This document shows, one piece after another, positions 52,913-63,297 of a stretch of DNA of 64,000 nucleotides. Positions within the stretch are counted from its first letter, which is position 1. Each line of letters begins with the position of its first letter. Below the pieces are notes generated by a model. It saw only the letters and a list, made by a program, of their open reading frames with translations. It did not search any database and was not told the DNA's origin. A program made the translations under genes and the position numbers. The stretch spans positions 37,603-101,602 of the forward strand of contig MCFE01000296.1 in assembly GCA_002104905.1 (NCBI GenBank), given 5' to 3'. The stretch is from Basidiobolus meristosporus CBS 931.73. Its lineage: Eukaryota > Fungi > Basidiobolomycota.

Positions 52913-53467
52913 TATGTACTACTAGGTGTTTTAGTGTAAATCTTTTACCCAAGTTAGATGGCCTGGAGTGTGACTAGTAGAATCCTTTTTGGAGTTAGCC
53001 TATATAATACCTGATTACATTTTTAGCGTTGATTCAGTCAGTATGAACCTGATGTTGATACTCACAGAAAACTAGAAGATGTAAACTAAATCACTGATCT
53101 ATTTCGTGGCAAGAGTGGAACCTCACACATACATGTAATCTTAGTCGAACTATCGCTGCTGGATAGATTCTGGTTGATTACGAAACATAGATCAATTATT
53201 GAAAGGTACATGGCTCTGGGGCTGTACGATAGACATTAAAATAATACATATAGATACTGGGGCACTTCCGTTATGTCTGGAAATCATAGATGTTCTCAAT
53301 TACTCTTGAGTTGATCATTGAATCATACAGATTTAGATCTAGTTCGGCAATTCTCTTATCGCAAACAAGAGGTTGGCAACAGGTCAGAGTTCGAGGTATT
53401 TTATTGTTATTGAGTATATATATCTATATGAATATATATTGCGACATTCGATGATCTTTCGAGGACC

Positions 53468-55844
53468 TCAAAGGATTGTCTGTTGATCCAACAGAGTCAG
53501 GTTAGGATCGTCTTTACGCTTCCAGGTCTTGATGCTTTCTCCATTCTTCGAGATCTCGATTACACGTGAACGGCGATCCCAGCCCTTGTCGGTACCTCCG
53601 TAGGTACCATAACCTGCACCGCCGCCATAGCAAAGTTGCATGTCCGAGAATGGGAAACAGTAGTCGTTAACATGATCATGGCCAACAATGGTCATTTTGA
53701 CATCGCCCGCTAAAAGCAGCAAATATCTTAGAGAGAATAGCCATAAACCCAGTGATTAAAGCTACCTACATTCATGAAGGGCATCGATCCATGGAGACTG
53801 AACCTTGGAGCTAGAGACCGCTTCTCCCTTTGACCCCACTTGCTTCTCGGGTACCTTAGACACCTCGGCATATTCGGTGGTTGGAATGTGCCAGAATGCA
53901 ATCGCGTTGGGCTTCTGACCTTTCTTGTTCGCGAGTTTCTTGGATACTTCCTTGAACCAGTTGACTTGGTTGTCCTTGATGAAGTCATAGCCGGCTCCAT
54001 TCAGGTTGTAAGCGCCGGAGTCCACAAAGTATAGAGTAAAGGCACTCTTCCCCCTGTGGGATGAATCGTGATGAGCCATGTGACCATTGATCTCGACTGC
54101 ATGGGTGGCACTTACTTGGCGGTGATCTGAGTGAAATAGTTCCCGGAGCCAAACAGGCCATAAGGGCCGTTCTTGCCAAGATTGTACGGAACCGAGAGGG
54201 CAGCCTGAGTGATCTCCAGACGGGAGAGATCAGCTTCGTCATCATGGTTACCATGCACGAAAGCCTAGATTTGCCAGAGACAGAGGTCAGTTAGAAAAAT
54301 GCACGCATGAAGAAACCGGCCCGACTCAGTACCCAAGGAATCTTGTGCTTGGCAGCCAGGCTGGCATATTTCAGTACACTGGCTCTAGGGTCTCGAGAGC
54401 CCATCACATTGTCACCAGTGAAGGCAATCATGTCAGGTTTCTCTGCTAAAATCATTCGCTCAGCAAACTCAAAGGTCTTTAGGTTGGTGCAGTTTCGCCA
54501 CTGGATTTCCTGATGTTAGAATGGATTCCTCAACGAGGCAGCATGCTGCGTATTTACCTCAGCGGTGGATGGGATATTGTAGCACGCGCTTCGGTGGCTA
54601 GTCATATGCAAGTCGGCTAGCTGTAGGATCTTGAACGTTCCATCGCGGTGGAACTTCAACTCGGGTACTTTGGGCAATTCTGACCATTCAACATTAGCTT
54701 GTTGGGATCGCTTGTGGTGATGACGGTAGGGCACTTACGCTTCTCCTTGGACCTGTAGTAGAGATACACTTCGTCAGCCCCAGTACCCACATTAAGATCC
54801 TGTTCTACTTTGGTGTAGCCAAATGGATCCACCAGGTCCTTGCCACTCTCGAAGGTAATGGAGTAGATGGGTTTTCCGGCTCCTTTCTTGAAGAACAGAT
54901 AAACTGGCTGACCCTTGGTTCCGCTGTTCAAATCCGTGGGTATGCGCTCATAGCCTGGGAGAGAGGTGCTGGTGGATGCCTTGATACTGGTGATGTGCTT
55001 TCCCTTGTCCTGCTTGTAGAAGAGGTACACATATTTCCCACCCGCACTGATGTTCAGGTCATGATCCGATCGAATCCAGCCTTCTTTGCCACAGTTGGCC
55101 TGATCGCACGCCTCAACAGTGATGTCGGAAATGGGGACTATATATGGGTCGGCAAACACAGAGTTGCATTTGATATCGTGCGCATCAGATTATTCATGGG
55201 ATGAGTGCCTCTTACCTTCTTTCGTTTTAGGTTCGTAGAAGAGGGATACCTTCTCACCTGTGGTATGCATAGGGTCAGCAGACATACACTCGTCACACTG
55301 GATGCACGATACGTACCGGCTCCTTCATTCAAGTTGAAATCGTACGTGCGATATCCGTCTAAGGCATGTGGTGTAGCCCCGATTTTCACCAACAGATTTT
55401 GGATAGGTGCACCGGCGGCCAGGCCGGTGGTATGCGCAAGATACCGTTTGGGTGCAACCGACCCTTCATTGACGTTGACATCCAACTTTTTGTAGCCACG
55501 AGGAGTCTGGTCCGTGTCCTTCAACAGTTGGATATTGGTCAATGGGAGTTTTCCGGCCTCCTTTCGGTAGTGAAGGTAGATGTACTTGCCACCAGCACCC
55601 TTATTCAGGTCCAGCGGAATACGATGCCATGGTTCGGGAAGTTCGCAATTAGTGGTATCACATGCCTTGAGACTTAGGTCAGTAATAAAGGCACTCTCCT
55701 CCTCCCGGGCGGATTTCCCTAAATGACATGTCAAGCGTTACCAAGCTTGTTGACCGCCTCTGATAGTAGTAACAACGGTCTGAGCATACCGAATACCAAA
55801 GTTGAGATGTTCAAAAGGGCGAGTAGAGCAGTAGCAGTCTTCAT
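53468..55844 (-). CDS. Secreted calcineurin-like metallophosphoesterase (Dcr2/PAP-like) with N-terminal MABP-type repeats; spliced
   Basis: Signal peptide MKTATALLALL; repeated DLNxGxGxxxYLxY; catalytic motifs FKILQLADLH, FTGDNV, GNHD, WHIP, GHDH, CYGGGAGYG. Last host gene before the repeat array. Confidence 0.85.
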
Positions 55845-57080
55845 GGTTACCAGTACCTTGATCTGAGGGAGTCCAGGAGGCTGGCTTATATACTGTACAG
55901 GGCCTCAGGAGCTTTTCATCTCAGCCAATACCTTTGGACACGCGGTTGTTTGTCCTAGAAACCCAAGGCATGAGTTGGCTGCTTGTGGGGCCTTGGTTCA
56001 ACAATGACCATAACTAACTACATGCCCAGTGTCACAGCACATATCGCCTCTTCCGCAACATATGGGATGATTTACACATTCCGCTGTATTCGCCATTAAT
56101 GGACATTTCGAGAGTGGGAATCAGATGGGTGGGTGGCTCAATCTTACTCGCAATCACCAATCATGTTCCTCCTTAGGGCCATGTATATCCTGGTGATGAC
56201 GCTTTGCACGCATCGGTTGCTTGTGCAACAATGAATGGATCATCAGTAACCAACCTTCAAGCTAGTAATCACCACTAGGTACTTGAACATGATAAGCAGT
56301 AACCCTCGTGTACCAGCGACGCATCTCAACACCAAAAGCTGTGTGGAAATCACTTTGAAGATATGACAATGATCTGAAGGCAATCCATCCAACCGGACTC
56401 AATTGATGTTAATCAAGCTTAACCATTCTTTGGATATATGCAGTAATTATGCTGAATGCTCATACTATGTATTTATGGACCAGGCGTTTAATTATAGCTT
56501 GATCCAGCAATACAGCCACGGAGATATTCCAACAGGTAATGAGTAATTCACACTCACTCTACTTTCAATAGAATATAATGCTCAGGAACCATATCTACCA
56601 AGGTTCTTAGATACATTATTGGGAATGATATTCATTTATATATGTAATACATATCAGTTAAATGAATAAATAACTCAAAGTGAGCACTGAGAGCCAATTA
56701 TATGTTAATAAATAGCTTTGTTGTTGGACATCTGAAAACAAAAGAAGAATAGTGAAACTTGTGAGCTCCACTAGAAGACAAAGAAGGGATGCAAAGGCTG
56801 ACTTGGAAACTATCAGAACATGAGAGGAGGGGAATTACACTGAGACTTTCAAGACCATCAATTATACTAAAGGGGAGCTTGGTACTGCAAAAGACAGGAA
56901 AAAACCACAAAGTAATGATACCACACTTGCAAACAATGTATAGGGATAACCAATGGTGAATAGGCTCACTAAATACCCAAAACCTCTTATGTATGTGTTA
57001 AAGACAAAATGACACTTCAGGGTTCCCAGTAAGCTTTTGGGAACTGTCCAAGAGCACTACCAACAAGTGAGAACATAGAG

Positions 57081-57476
57081 TTAGGGTTAGTCAGGGGGAC
57101 AATCATCACCTAAGGGTGAAATCTGTTGTAAAAATTTGTATTTCCACCTAAATATTCACCTAACCTAGTCACTTAGATCATTACCTTCAAATCCTAGAGA
57201 ATACTGACCAAATTCCTTGTTGGGATTTACTTAGAATATTTACCCAGAACATGAAAATTCTCAAAGTTGTCCAAACAGCCCCAAACTTTGCACACATGCT
57301 CTTGAGACCTTCTTTAATTTTTTCTACGTGTTTGTAATGCCAAGACCAGGTAAAAGTATAAATACTACTTTTACATTCAATAAATCATTCAGTGAAAACC
57401 ACATAATCTACTTGTTCTCCAAATCACTTCCAATATCTCCAAGACTCTTACAACAATCCCTCACATTATATTGGAT
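57081..57476 (-). mobile_element. Family C: ~0.4 kb non-coding element with the shared 3' hairpin (putative non-autonomous retroelement)
   Basis: Left end (+) TTAGGGTTAGTCAGGGGG-ACAATCA-TCACC-TAAG-GGTGA-AATC, the same terminal module as families A and B; right end abuts TTAGGG of the next element; no ORF. Single copy in the window. Confidence 0.6.
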
Positions 57477-58006
57477 TTAGGGTTAGGGGGAGGAAAGTCA
57501 CCAAGTGGTGAAATCTTTATTTACTTATGACAAGTATCTAAAGAAGCCAAGTTAATCTGAAGTTATACCTAGAAAGCTAGGTCTGAGAGATATCTTTCTG
57601 GTAAGCCAGGTCTGAGAGTTGAGAACTGAGTAGTACTATATTTCCTAGTTAGCTAGGTCAGAGAGAGGTTTCCTGGAAAGCCAGGCCTGAGAAGTGAGAA
57701 TCTGGATATATCTGAGCTAAGTTATACTGGTTTGCAGTAGCTGAATTGTGGCCAGAATGGCCAGTAGACTGGGGGAACTGAGAGGAATTTCTGGGCAATC
57801 ACTGGCCAAATTTACTAGGCAAATCTGGCCAATTAGCATTTCAAGGATCTCAGCCAATCAGAGCCTTTACTTTGCCCAATGGTTGATCAAGCCATCTCCC
57901 AATGAGCACACATCAATTTATTAATCAAATTTTGCTGAATCCAGGATTTGAACCCACAACCATGGGTATGGAAGGGTTAGGGATAACCACAAGGCTAAGT
58001 GTTCTT
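57477..58006 (-). mobile_element. Family B copy 1: apparently full-length tRNA-headed SINE
   Basis: Minus strand: A box TAGCCTTGTGG, B box GGTTCAAATCC, ~430 nt body, 3' AATAAAGATTTCACC-ACTT-GGTGACTTTCCTCCCCC-TAACCCTAA. About 96% identical (by eye) to 63296-63797. Confidence 0.8.
57944..57997 (-). promoter_or_regulatory. Pol III type-2 internal promoter (A and B boxes) of the SINE head
   Basis: B box = + GGATTTGAACC 57944-57954; A box = + CCACAAGGCTA 57987-57997; 32-nt spacing. The A box has one mismatch to TRGCNNARYGG. Confidence 0.7.
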
Positions 58007-58071
58007 GGTTAGGGGGGAGACAGTCACCAACCGGTGAAATCTTTATTTCAGTTGAAACAAAGAAGCCAGCG

Positions 58072-60840
58072 CTACTGTTGTAGCTTTGATACAAGAGTGT
58101 GTAGCTGAGGGGAATTTGTAGGTAAGTTAATAAGAAGTGATGATAGTTCTTCAGTGCTCAAGACACTGTTCAGTGGGAAGGGGGGTAGCAAGAGAGGTAG
58201 GAATGACTTGTGAACAACATTAATGAGGGGAATGTGATAAGGATTGATATTCATCATAAAGGGAGTGTGCTGCTGCAGATATTGCTGCCAAAGGTCTGTC
58301 AAGTACTTCAGGTAGGCCAGCTTGGGTTTTTCTGACTGCAGAATATAGTGTGCAAACTTCTTGACTTCAGGATCTCCAAGTATAGTTCTCCAGCAGGAGC
58401 CAGGTGTTGTGTGGTGTGTTCTCTTCCAGGCCTTAATCAGTGGATTGTTACAGTTGTGAAGTCTGAGGTATAATCTGGTTCTAAGGTAGAGAAGTCTGAT
58501 CTTATAGGGCATAAACCCAAAAGCACCAAGAATAGCATGTCTGTAGGGGCATTCAGGCAAATGAGGCACCAAGGAGGTAATGCACCATACTGCAAACTTG
58601 TCAAGCTTAGTGCAGTCTCTAGAAGTAAGAGAGAGAAGTGGTAAGCCAAATTCCAGGACAGGGAAGACAAACTGCTTGAGTAAAAGGAGGCAGCTGGGAG
58701 CTGAAGTTGTAGGAGGAGTAACAGCCAGTAGCTTGTGGAGTGCCTGTCTTGCCAGGATGATTCTCTTCTTCAGGTGTGCTCCAGAGTCTAGTCCAGTAGG
58801 AAGGAAAGGAAAGCCAAGATATGTAGCAGAAACCTGAGCAGGTAGAGTGGAGTTCTCCAAGTTGATGGGAGAGCCCAAAGGTACTGTCTTTGCAATGGAA
58901 AGCTGGAGATTATTCTTCTGCAGATACTGGTGGATGGTCTGGGAGTCTTGTTGCACATTGGAGGAGGATATTCTGATGTCATCAGCAAAGAGAGTAACCA
59001 GGCAGTCAGCTGAGAGTCTTGGGAAATCATTCAGGAAGATGGCAAACAGTATAGGACCAAGCACAGAGCCTTGAACCACTCCATTAGGAACTGAGAACAT
59101 AGCTGATTGCTCACTTGGGTGCAGAATTCTTGCTTGTGGATCCAGAAACAGAGACCTGACAAGGAGGGTGAGAGAGGTACTGGAGAAGCATTGCAACTTG
59201 GACCAAAGCAGATTTCTGTCAACTGAATCAAAGGCCTTAGTAATATCAAACAGAACAGAGGGATACTTGCACTGGAGAGAGTGATCTTGGCTAAGTATGA
59301 CTGCATATTCCAAGGAGAGGCCAGGAATAAAGCCTAACTGTGCAGGATGAAACTTGAGGGAGTCAGAGTAGAGCTCCTGAGCAAGCAGAAGCTCAAACAC
59401 CTTTCTGCAGGTGGGTAGCAGAGATATTGGCCTGTAGGAGCTAGGATCCAGGTGCTTTCCTTTACCCTTGTACAGTGGTAGAACATTTGCAAAGGACCAT
59501 TCTTCAGGAGTAGAAAGTTGGGCTGAACATTGCTGAAACAGTGGAAGCAGAAGTGCAGACATGGCCTTGGTACTAGTCTTCAGAAGCTCATAGGAGATTG
59601 TGTCCACACCTGGAGCAGTAGAGTTGGGAAGCCTCTTGAGCACATTATGGATTCTCCTTTGATCAAGTGCAAGTGGGATGGGCAGAGTCTTGAAGTCAGG
59701 ATGAAAGCCAGGAGTTGAGTACTGCTTTGTGGAGAAGAAGATGTTAGCCAGCTGTTCTGTTGAAGGTAACTTCCTGGAAGAGGGCCTCATTGCCCTGTAG
59801 AGTCTTGATACTGTTCTTGTTATAGAGTTGGAAGATTGCAGAGGCAAAGAACTCATAATATGATCCCAGAGCTGAGTATGCAGAGTTTGGTGAATTGCCT
59901 TGGAGTGGTGTATTGCTGTCAGGAGGAGTTTCTCTGTTTTTGGGTTAGGGAAACTCAGGTAGCTTTGTTGCAGGGCTGAAACAATGGATTCCCATTTTCT
60001 TGAGGTAACAGCAGTAGTCTTGCATGGCAGTGAGAGGGAGGCAGACACCAGAATCAGATGCTTCACAAAGAGCCAGGCATAGTTGAGATCATCTGGCAGA
60101 GAAAGTAGCAAACTGGCAAGCTTCAAGTAGTTCCCAAAGTCTTTCTTCTGATTCTTGGTAGCTTTGTGGGTGAGCACAGTAAGCTTTGGCAGCTTCTTCT
60201 TCACAACTGGTTGCATAGAAAGGGACCAGGCTGGGTGGTCAGAGGCTCTCAAGGATCCTAGCTCAGCTCCAGAGAATTGCTTAACTTCATTCACAAAGTA
60301 GAGGGCAGCAGCAGAAGGGCAGATCCAGTCAACACATCTTTTCTCAGATTGAGCACCTAGTGCTAGCAGGTGGCTTTCTCTCAGGAAGTTCAGTAGGAAT
60401 GTAGACCTTGGCTTCATTCTTGCAGTCAGAGTAGTCTTGTTCTCAGGATGGGGAATGTTGAGATCTCCAAGCAAGATAACAGGTGTTGATTTAGATTGTT
60501 GGTATTGCTGAACCTTCTGGCATATAACTTGCACTTCCTGAAGGGCAAGACTTGGAGGCAGATAGCAGAGCACCAGACTGATAGTTGGCAACTGGAGAGC
60601 AGCACAGTAAGGGGAGTAAAGAGGAACACAGAGCTGAGGAGTATTGATGGTAGAAGAGATGAAGCAGATAGAGGAGGTATTCTTTGTTCTAGGAGTAGAA
60701 AAGCAATATAGATTAGTCAAAAGTATAGAGAGTAGCTGTACATCAATCAAACACAGGAGGGAAAATCTTGAAAGAAGTCTCTCTAGAGTTGGTCTTGATG
60801 GCTGTATGCTGTTGCAGTTAAGCAACAGAACTTCAGGTAG
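58072..60840 (-). CDS. LINE ORF2: AP-like endonuclease + reverse transcriptase
   Basis: APE: LLNCNS, CYLPP, ILLGDLN, VDWI, SDH. RT: APGVDTI, YRPISLL, QLGF, DITKAFDSV, GVVQGSVLGPILF, FADD, YLG. Open from 60840, immediately after the ORF1 stop; the first ATG lies downstream of GDLN. Confidence 0.96.
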   Translation of the reverse strand, partial: LPEVLLLNCNSIQPSRPTLERLLSRFSLLCLIDVQLLSILLTNLYCFSTPRTKNTSSICFISSTINTPQLCVPLYSPYCAALQLPTISLVLCYLPPSLALQEVQVICQKVQQYQQSKSTPVILLGDLNIPHPENKTTLTARMKPRSTFLLNFLRESHLLALGAQSEKRCVDWICPSAAALYFVNEVKQFSGAELGSLRASDHPAWSLSMQPVVKKKLPKLTVLTHKATKNQKKDFGNYLKLASLLLSLPDDLNYAWLFVKHLILVSASLSLPCKTTAVTSRKWESIVSALQQSYLSFPNPKTEKLLLTAIHHSKAIHQTLHTQLWDHIMSSLPLQSSNSITRTVSRLYRAMRPSSRKLPSTEQLANIFFSTKQYSTPGFHPDFKTLPIPLALDQRRIHNVLKRLPNSTAPGVDTISYELLKTSTKAMSALLLPLFQQCSAQLSTPEEWSFANVLPLYKGKGKHLDPSSYRPISLLPTCRKVFELLLAQELYSDSLKFHPAQLGFIPGLSLEYAVILSQDHSLQCKYPSVLFDITKAFDSVDRNLLWSKLQCFSSTSLTLLVRSLFLDPQARILHPSEQSAMFSVPNGVVQGSVLGPILFAIFLNDFPRLSADCLVTLFADDIRISSSNVQQDSQTIHQYLQKNNLQLSIAKTVPLGSPINLENSTLPAQVSATYLGFPFLPTGLDSGAHLKKRIILARQALHKLLAVTPPTTSAPSCLLLLKQFVFPVLEFGLPLLSLTSRDCTKLDKFAVWCITSLVPHLPECPYRHAILGAFGFMPYKIRLLYLRTRLYLRLHNCNNPLIKAWKRTHHTTPGSCWRTILGDPEVKKFAHYILQSEKPKLAYLKYLTDLWQQYLQQHTPFMMNINPYHIPLINVVHKSFLPLLLPPFPLNSVLSTEELSSLLINLPTNSPQLHTLVSKLQQ

Positions 60841-61400
60841 TCAGGCAGAGGTTGTAGCTTCTTCAGAGGCAGCATTGATAATGTGACCTGCAGAGTCCCA
60901 GAGCTCTTCAAATGGTGCATCACTTAAGTCAGCAAGGAGGGAAATGGCATGAATCTTGAGGAAGTATGCCACATCATAGGAGGGGGCTTGTCTCTTGATG
61001 GCAGCAAAGAAAGACAGAATGGCAACATGGGCTGGAGGCTTGTTGAACAGTAGAGAGTCAGAGGATTCAGATTCTTCAGGCACTATCTTGAAGTCAGTTT
61101 TCAGCCAGTTAAGGTTCTTCTCCACAAAGGCAACAAATGGGTCAGCAATGTTTTGGTCTAGGATAACCTCCAGAATCTTCCCTTTTCTCCAGGCCAGGTT
61201 GACAATTCTTGAGAGCTGAATATTGCATGCCTTGAGTGCTTTCCTGATGTTGGAAATGGGAGTCCAGGGAACTTGCTTCAAGTACACCACAGTCCAGGTA
61301 GAAGCTGGTGGTAGGTTTGCTGGGGGCTTGTAAGTCCTTCTGTGTTGCAATGGAGCTGCAGTAGTCAGATTGGAGTCCACATTCTCAGTAGAAGGTTTTC
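60841..61400 (-). CDS. LINE ORF1, 5'-truncated (RRM-like segment)
   Basis: Met-free open frame WTVVYLKQVPWTPISNIRKALKACNIQLSRIVNLAWRKGKILEVIL with a beta-alpha-beta-beta-alpha pattern; directly upstream of and in frame with ORF2. Confidence 0.7.
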
Positions 61401-62020
61401 TTAGGGTTAGGGGGGAGACAGTCACCAACCGGTGAAATCTTTATTTCAGTTGAAACAAAGAAGCCAGCACTACTGTTGTAGCTTTGATACAAGAGTGTGT
61501 AGCTGAGGGGAAGTTGTAGGTAAGTTAATAAGAAGTGATGATAGTTCTTCAGTGCTCAAGACACTGTTCAGTGGGAAGGGGGGTAGCAAAAGAGGTAGGA
61601 ATGACTTGTGAACAACATTAATGAGGGGAATGTGATAAGGATTGGTATTCATCATAAAGGGAGTGTGCTGCTGCAGATATTGCTGCCAAAGGTCTGTCAA
61701 GTACTTCAGGTAGGCCAGCTTGGGTTTTTCTGACTGCAGAATAAGTTCAGCAAACTTCTTGACTTCAGGATCTCCAAGTATAGTTCTCCAGCAGGAGCCA
61801 GGTGTTGTGTGGAGTGTTCTCTTCCAGGCCTTAATCAGTGGATTGTTACAGTTGTGAAGTCTGAGGTATAATCTGGTTCTAAGGTAGAGAAGTCTGATCT
61901 TATAGGGCATAAACCCAAAAGCACCAAGAATAGCATGTCTGTAGGGGCATTCAGGCAAATGAGGCACCAAGGAGGTAATGCACCATACTGCAAACTTGTC
62001 AAGCTTAGTGCAGTCTCTAG
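61401..62020 (-). mobile_element. Family A copy 2: 3' ~0.6 kb of the LINE
   Basis: Near-identical to 58009-58623; left end TTAGGGTTAGGGGGG + hairpin; truncated at ...CAGTCTCTAG. Confidence 0.95.
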
Positions 62021-63297
62021 GGGGGGAGACAGTCACCAACAGGTGAAATCTTTATTTCAGTTGAAACAAAGAAGCCAGTGCTACTGTTGTAGCTTTGATA
62101 CAAGAGTGTGTAGCTGAGGGGAATTTGTAGGTAAGTTTACAAGAAGTGATGATAGTTCTTCAGTGCTCAAGACGCTGTTCAGTGGGAAGGGGGGTAGCAA
62201 GAGAGGTAAGAATGACTTGTGAACAACATTAATGAGGGGAATGTGATAAGGATTGATATTCATCATAAAGGGAGTGTGCTGCTGCAGATATTGCTGCCAA
62301 AGGTCTGTCAAGTACTTCAGGTAGGCCAGCTTGGGTTTTTCTGACTGCAGAATATAGTGTGCAAACTTCTTGACTTCAGGATCTCCAAGTATAGTTCTCC
62401 AGCAGGAGCCAGGTGTTGTGTGGTGTGTTCTCTTCCAGGCCTTAATCAGTGGGTTGTTGCAGTTGTGAAGTCTGAGGTATAATCTGGTTCTAAGGTAGAG
62501 AAGTCTGATCTTATAGGGCATAAACCCAAAAGCACCAAGAATAGCATGTCTGTAGGGGCATTCAGGCAAATGAGGCACCAAGGAGGTAATGCACCATACT
62601 GCAAACTTGTCAAGCTTAGTGCAGTCTCTAGAAGTAAGAGAGAGAAGTGGTAAGCCAAATTCCAGGACAGGGAAGACAAACTGCTTGAGTAGAAGGAGGC
62701 AGCTGGGAGCTGAAGTTGTAGGAGGAGTAACAGCCAGTAGCTTGTGGAGTGCCTGTCTTGCCAGGATAATTCTCTTCTTCAGGTGTGCTCCAGAGTCTAG
62801 TCCAGTAGGAAGGAAAGGAAAGCCAAGATATGTAGCAGAAACCTGAGCAGGTAGAGTGGAGTTCTCCAAGTTGATAGGAGAGCCCAAAGGTACTGTCTTT
62901 GCAATGGAAAGCTGAAGATTATTCTTCTGCAGATACTGGTGGATGGTCTGGGAGTCTTGTTGCACATTGGAGGAGGATATTCTGATGTCATCAGCAAAGA
63001 GAGTAACCAGGCAGTCAGCTGAGAGTCTTGGGAAGTCATTCAGGAAGATGGCAAACAGTATAGGACCAAGCACAGAGCCTTGAACCACTCCATTAGGAAC
63101 TGAGAACACAGCTGATTGCTCACTTGGGTGCAGAATTCTTGCTTGTGGATCCAGAAACAGAGACCTGACAAGGAGGGTGAGAGAGGTACTGGAGAAGCAT
63201 TGCAACTTGGACCAAAGCAGATTTCTGTCAACTGAATCAAAGGCCTTAGTAATATCAAACAGAACAGAGGGATACTTGCACTGGAGAGAGTGATCTT
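62018..63297 (-). mobile_element. Family A copy 3: 3' ~1.28 kb of the LINE
   Basis: Near-identical to ~58010-59288; left end TAGGGGGGG + hairpin; truncated inside the RT at ...GTGATCTT. Confidence 0.95.

Larger units (their letters stand above)
58007..61400 (-). mobile_element. Family A copy 1: non-LTR retrotransposon (APE + RT), 5'-truncated within ORF1
   Basis: Carries the ORF1 fragment and an intact ORF2; ~60-nt 3' UTR ending in hairpin + CCCCCC-TAACC; no poly(A), no obvious target-site duplication. Confidence 0.95.

Noticed and set aside
57780-57870. CTGAGA...GAAA on the SINE minus strand suggesting a hammerhead ribozyme
   Set aside because: No stem II pairing and no proper stem III/NUH cleavage site could be drawn.
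59942-59950. GGGTTAGGG inside ORF2
   Set aside because: It is in-frame coding sequence (F-P-N-P) with no hairpin next to it; not a junction.
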